Shown piece after piece: positions 54,115-54,933 of a stretch of DNA of 54,933 bases. Position 1 is the stretch's first letter, and every line of letters begins with the position of its first letter. The stretch covers positions 1 to 54,933 of IMG/VR virus record IMGVR_UViG_3300032332_000594; one strand, written 5' to 3'. A program made the translations under genes and the position numbers. Source of the stretch: a virus. Taxonomy: Duplodnaviria > Caudoviricetes. The notes beneath the pieces are model-generated. The model did no database searches, was not told where the DNA came from, and worked only from the letters and a program-made list of their open reading frames with translations.

Positions 54115-54933
54115 TTATGCTGGAGCGATTGTTGTTACGGTTCCTGACGAACCACGATATTTGAGTGCGCCAGCCTCAACGTAGAGAACACCGCCACCTG
54201 TTACTGTTCCAGTTGGAACAGTTGTGGCGTTGGCAATAGTCAATACACCATTGCCATTTTGTGTTACTGCAACAGAACTTCCAATATGCACTTGCCTGTT
54301 AGCAACAACTTTGAGAGAAGTTTGGAAGTTGGTACGGTCTGCAAAATCTGTGATAAAAGCACCGGAAGCATTAACGTAACCAGTAGAACTTATGTTGGCT
54401 AGAGTTGTACCAGTTCCATCTTGCCAGCGTTGCAAGTCAGCCTGTCCAGACGTAGCACCACGAACAATCAATCCAACAGTTCCAGCACTACGAGCAGTGA
54501 TTGAAGCCTGTGCAGGAGTAAATACAGTACCTGTAGCAGAACCACCACCAGAACCAGTACCAAAAGCATTAGCGTAATCAACCCGAGTAGCATCAAAAAC
54601 TGTCACTACTGCGCCAGTAGTTTGTAAACCTGTCGGTGTGGCAGTAGGGATAACAATAATGTCACCAGTGGACAAGTTATGGTTAGCGGCAAAAGTTAAT
54701 CTTACAATTCCAACAGTACCAGAACCGTAAGTCGAAAGAGTTCCAACAGATGACGTTATGGGTGTGGTTGATCCTGTAAAGATTTGGGCAACAGAGTTGC
54801 GACCACCGAGGACGGTTGAAGATGAAGATTGGAACTGAAGAAGGTCAGCGGTTCCGCCAAGATTTTTTGTAATAAGCGGTATGACGGCAGAGTTTTGAAA
54901 TGTTGTGGTGTAATTAAATACAGAGTTACCTGA
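54115..54933 (-). CDS. tail fibre/virion protein, 5'-truncated by window
   Basis: Frame is open to the window end; Thr/Gly-rich; ends GGGVLYVEAGALKYRGSSGTVTTIAPA. Confidence 0.8.
   Translation of the reverse strand, partial: SGNSVFNYTTTFQNSAVIPLITKNLGGTADLLQFQSSSSTVLGGRNSVAQIFTGSTTPITSSVGTLSTYGSGTVGIVRLTFAANHNLSTGDIIVIPTATPTGLQTTGAVVTVFDATRVDYANAFGTGSGGGSATGTVFTPAQASITARSAGTVGLIVRGATSGQADLQRWQDGTGTTLANISSTGYVNASGAFITDFADRTNFQTSLKVVANRQVHIGSSVAVTQNGNGVLTIANATTVPTGTVTGGGVLYVEAGALKYRGSSGTVTTIAPA

Noticed and set aside
3247-54577. Many + strand ORFs antisense to the - strand genes (e.g. 5958-6437, 20440-21018, 52327-52743)
   Set aside because: Shadow ORFs of well-supported genes, with no recognisable motifs
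1-54933. tRNA genes, introns, inteins, DGR or integrase
   Set aside because: Intergenic gaps are short and explained by promoters and terminators; NrdJ, PolA, DnaB and RecA are of normal length; no reverse transcriptase or integrase motifs were seen

Overview
This window is a 55-kb slice of a contractile-tailed (myovirus-like) dsDNA phage. WhiB and ClgR homologs point to an actinobacterial host. A short + strand arm (1-3141) encodes a vWA protein, a ClgR-like regulator, a HicA-like toxin and small HTH proteins, and meets a long - strand arm at a bidirectional terminator. Read right to left, the - arm contains: tail fibres, GT25 and neck genes; a sheath/tube/chaperone/tape-measure/baseplate module; a replication block (initiator, DnaC-like loader, DnaB, primase, SNF2 helicase, SSB, PolA); recombination and regulatory genes (RecA, two resolvases, Cas4-like nuclease, WhiB, SpoVS); a block of uncharacterised ORFs; a TGT-like/HAD-like/nucleotidyltransferase operon; and class II RNR. 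No tRNA, rRNA, CRISPR array, integrase, capsid or terminase was recognised. The main leads are: the atypical TGT-like/pseudo-HAD/NTase operon; a recurring GCWGAC-N18-TAnnnT promoter class linking SpoVS and the unknown ORFs to virion genes; a candidate +1 frameshift (UUU_CGC) in the tail chaperone; a spike lacking a beta-helix; a palindrome-rich origin candidate; and apparent avoidance of AGCT, CCWGG and GATC. All family calls come from reading motifs by eye; no searches were run.
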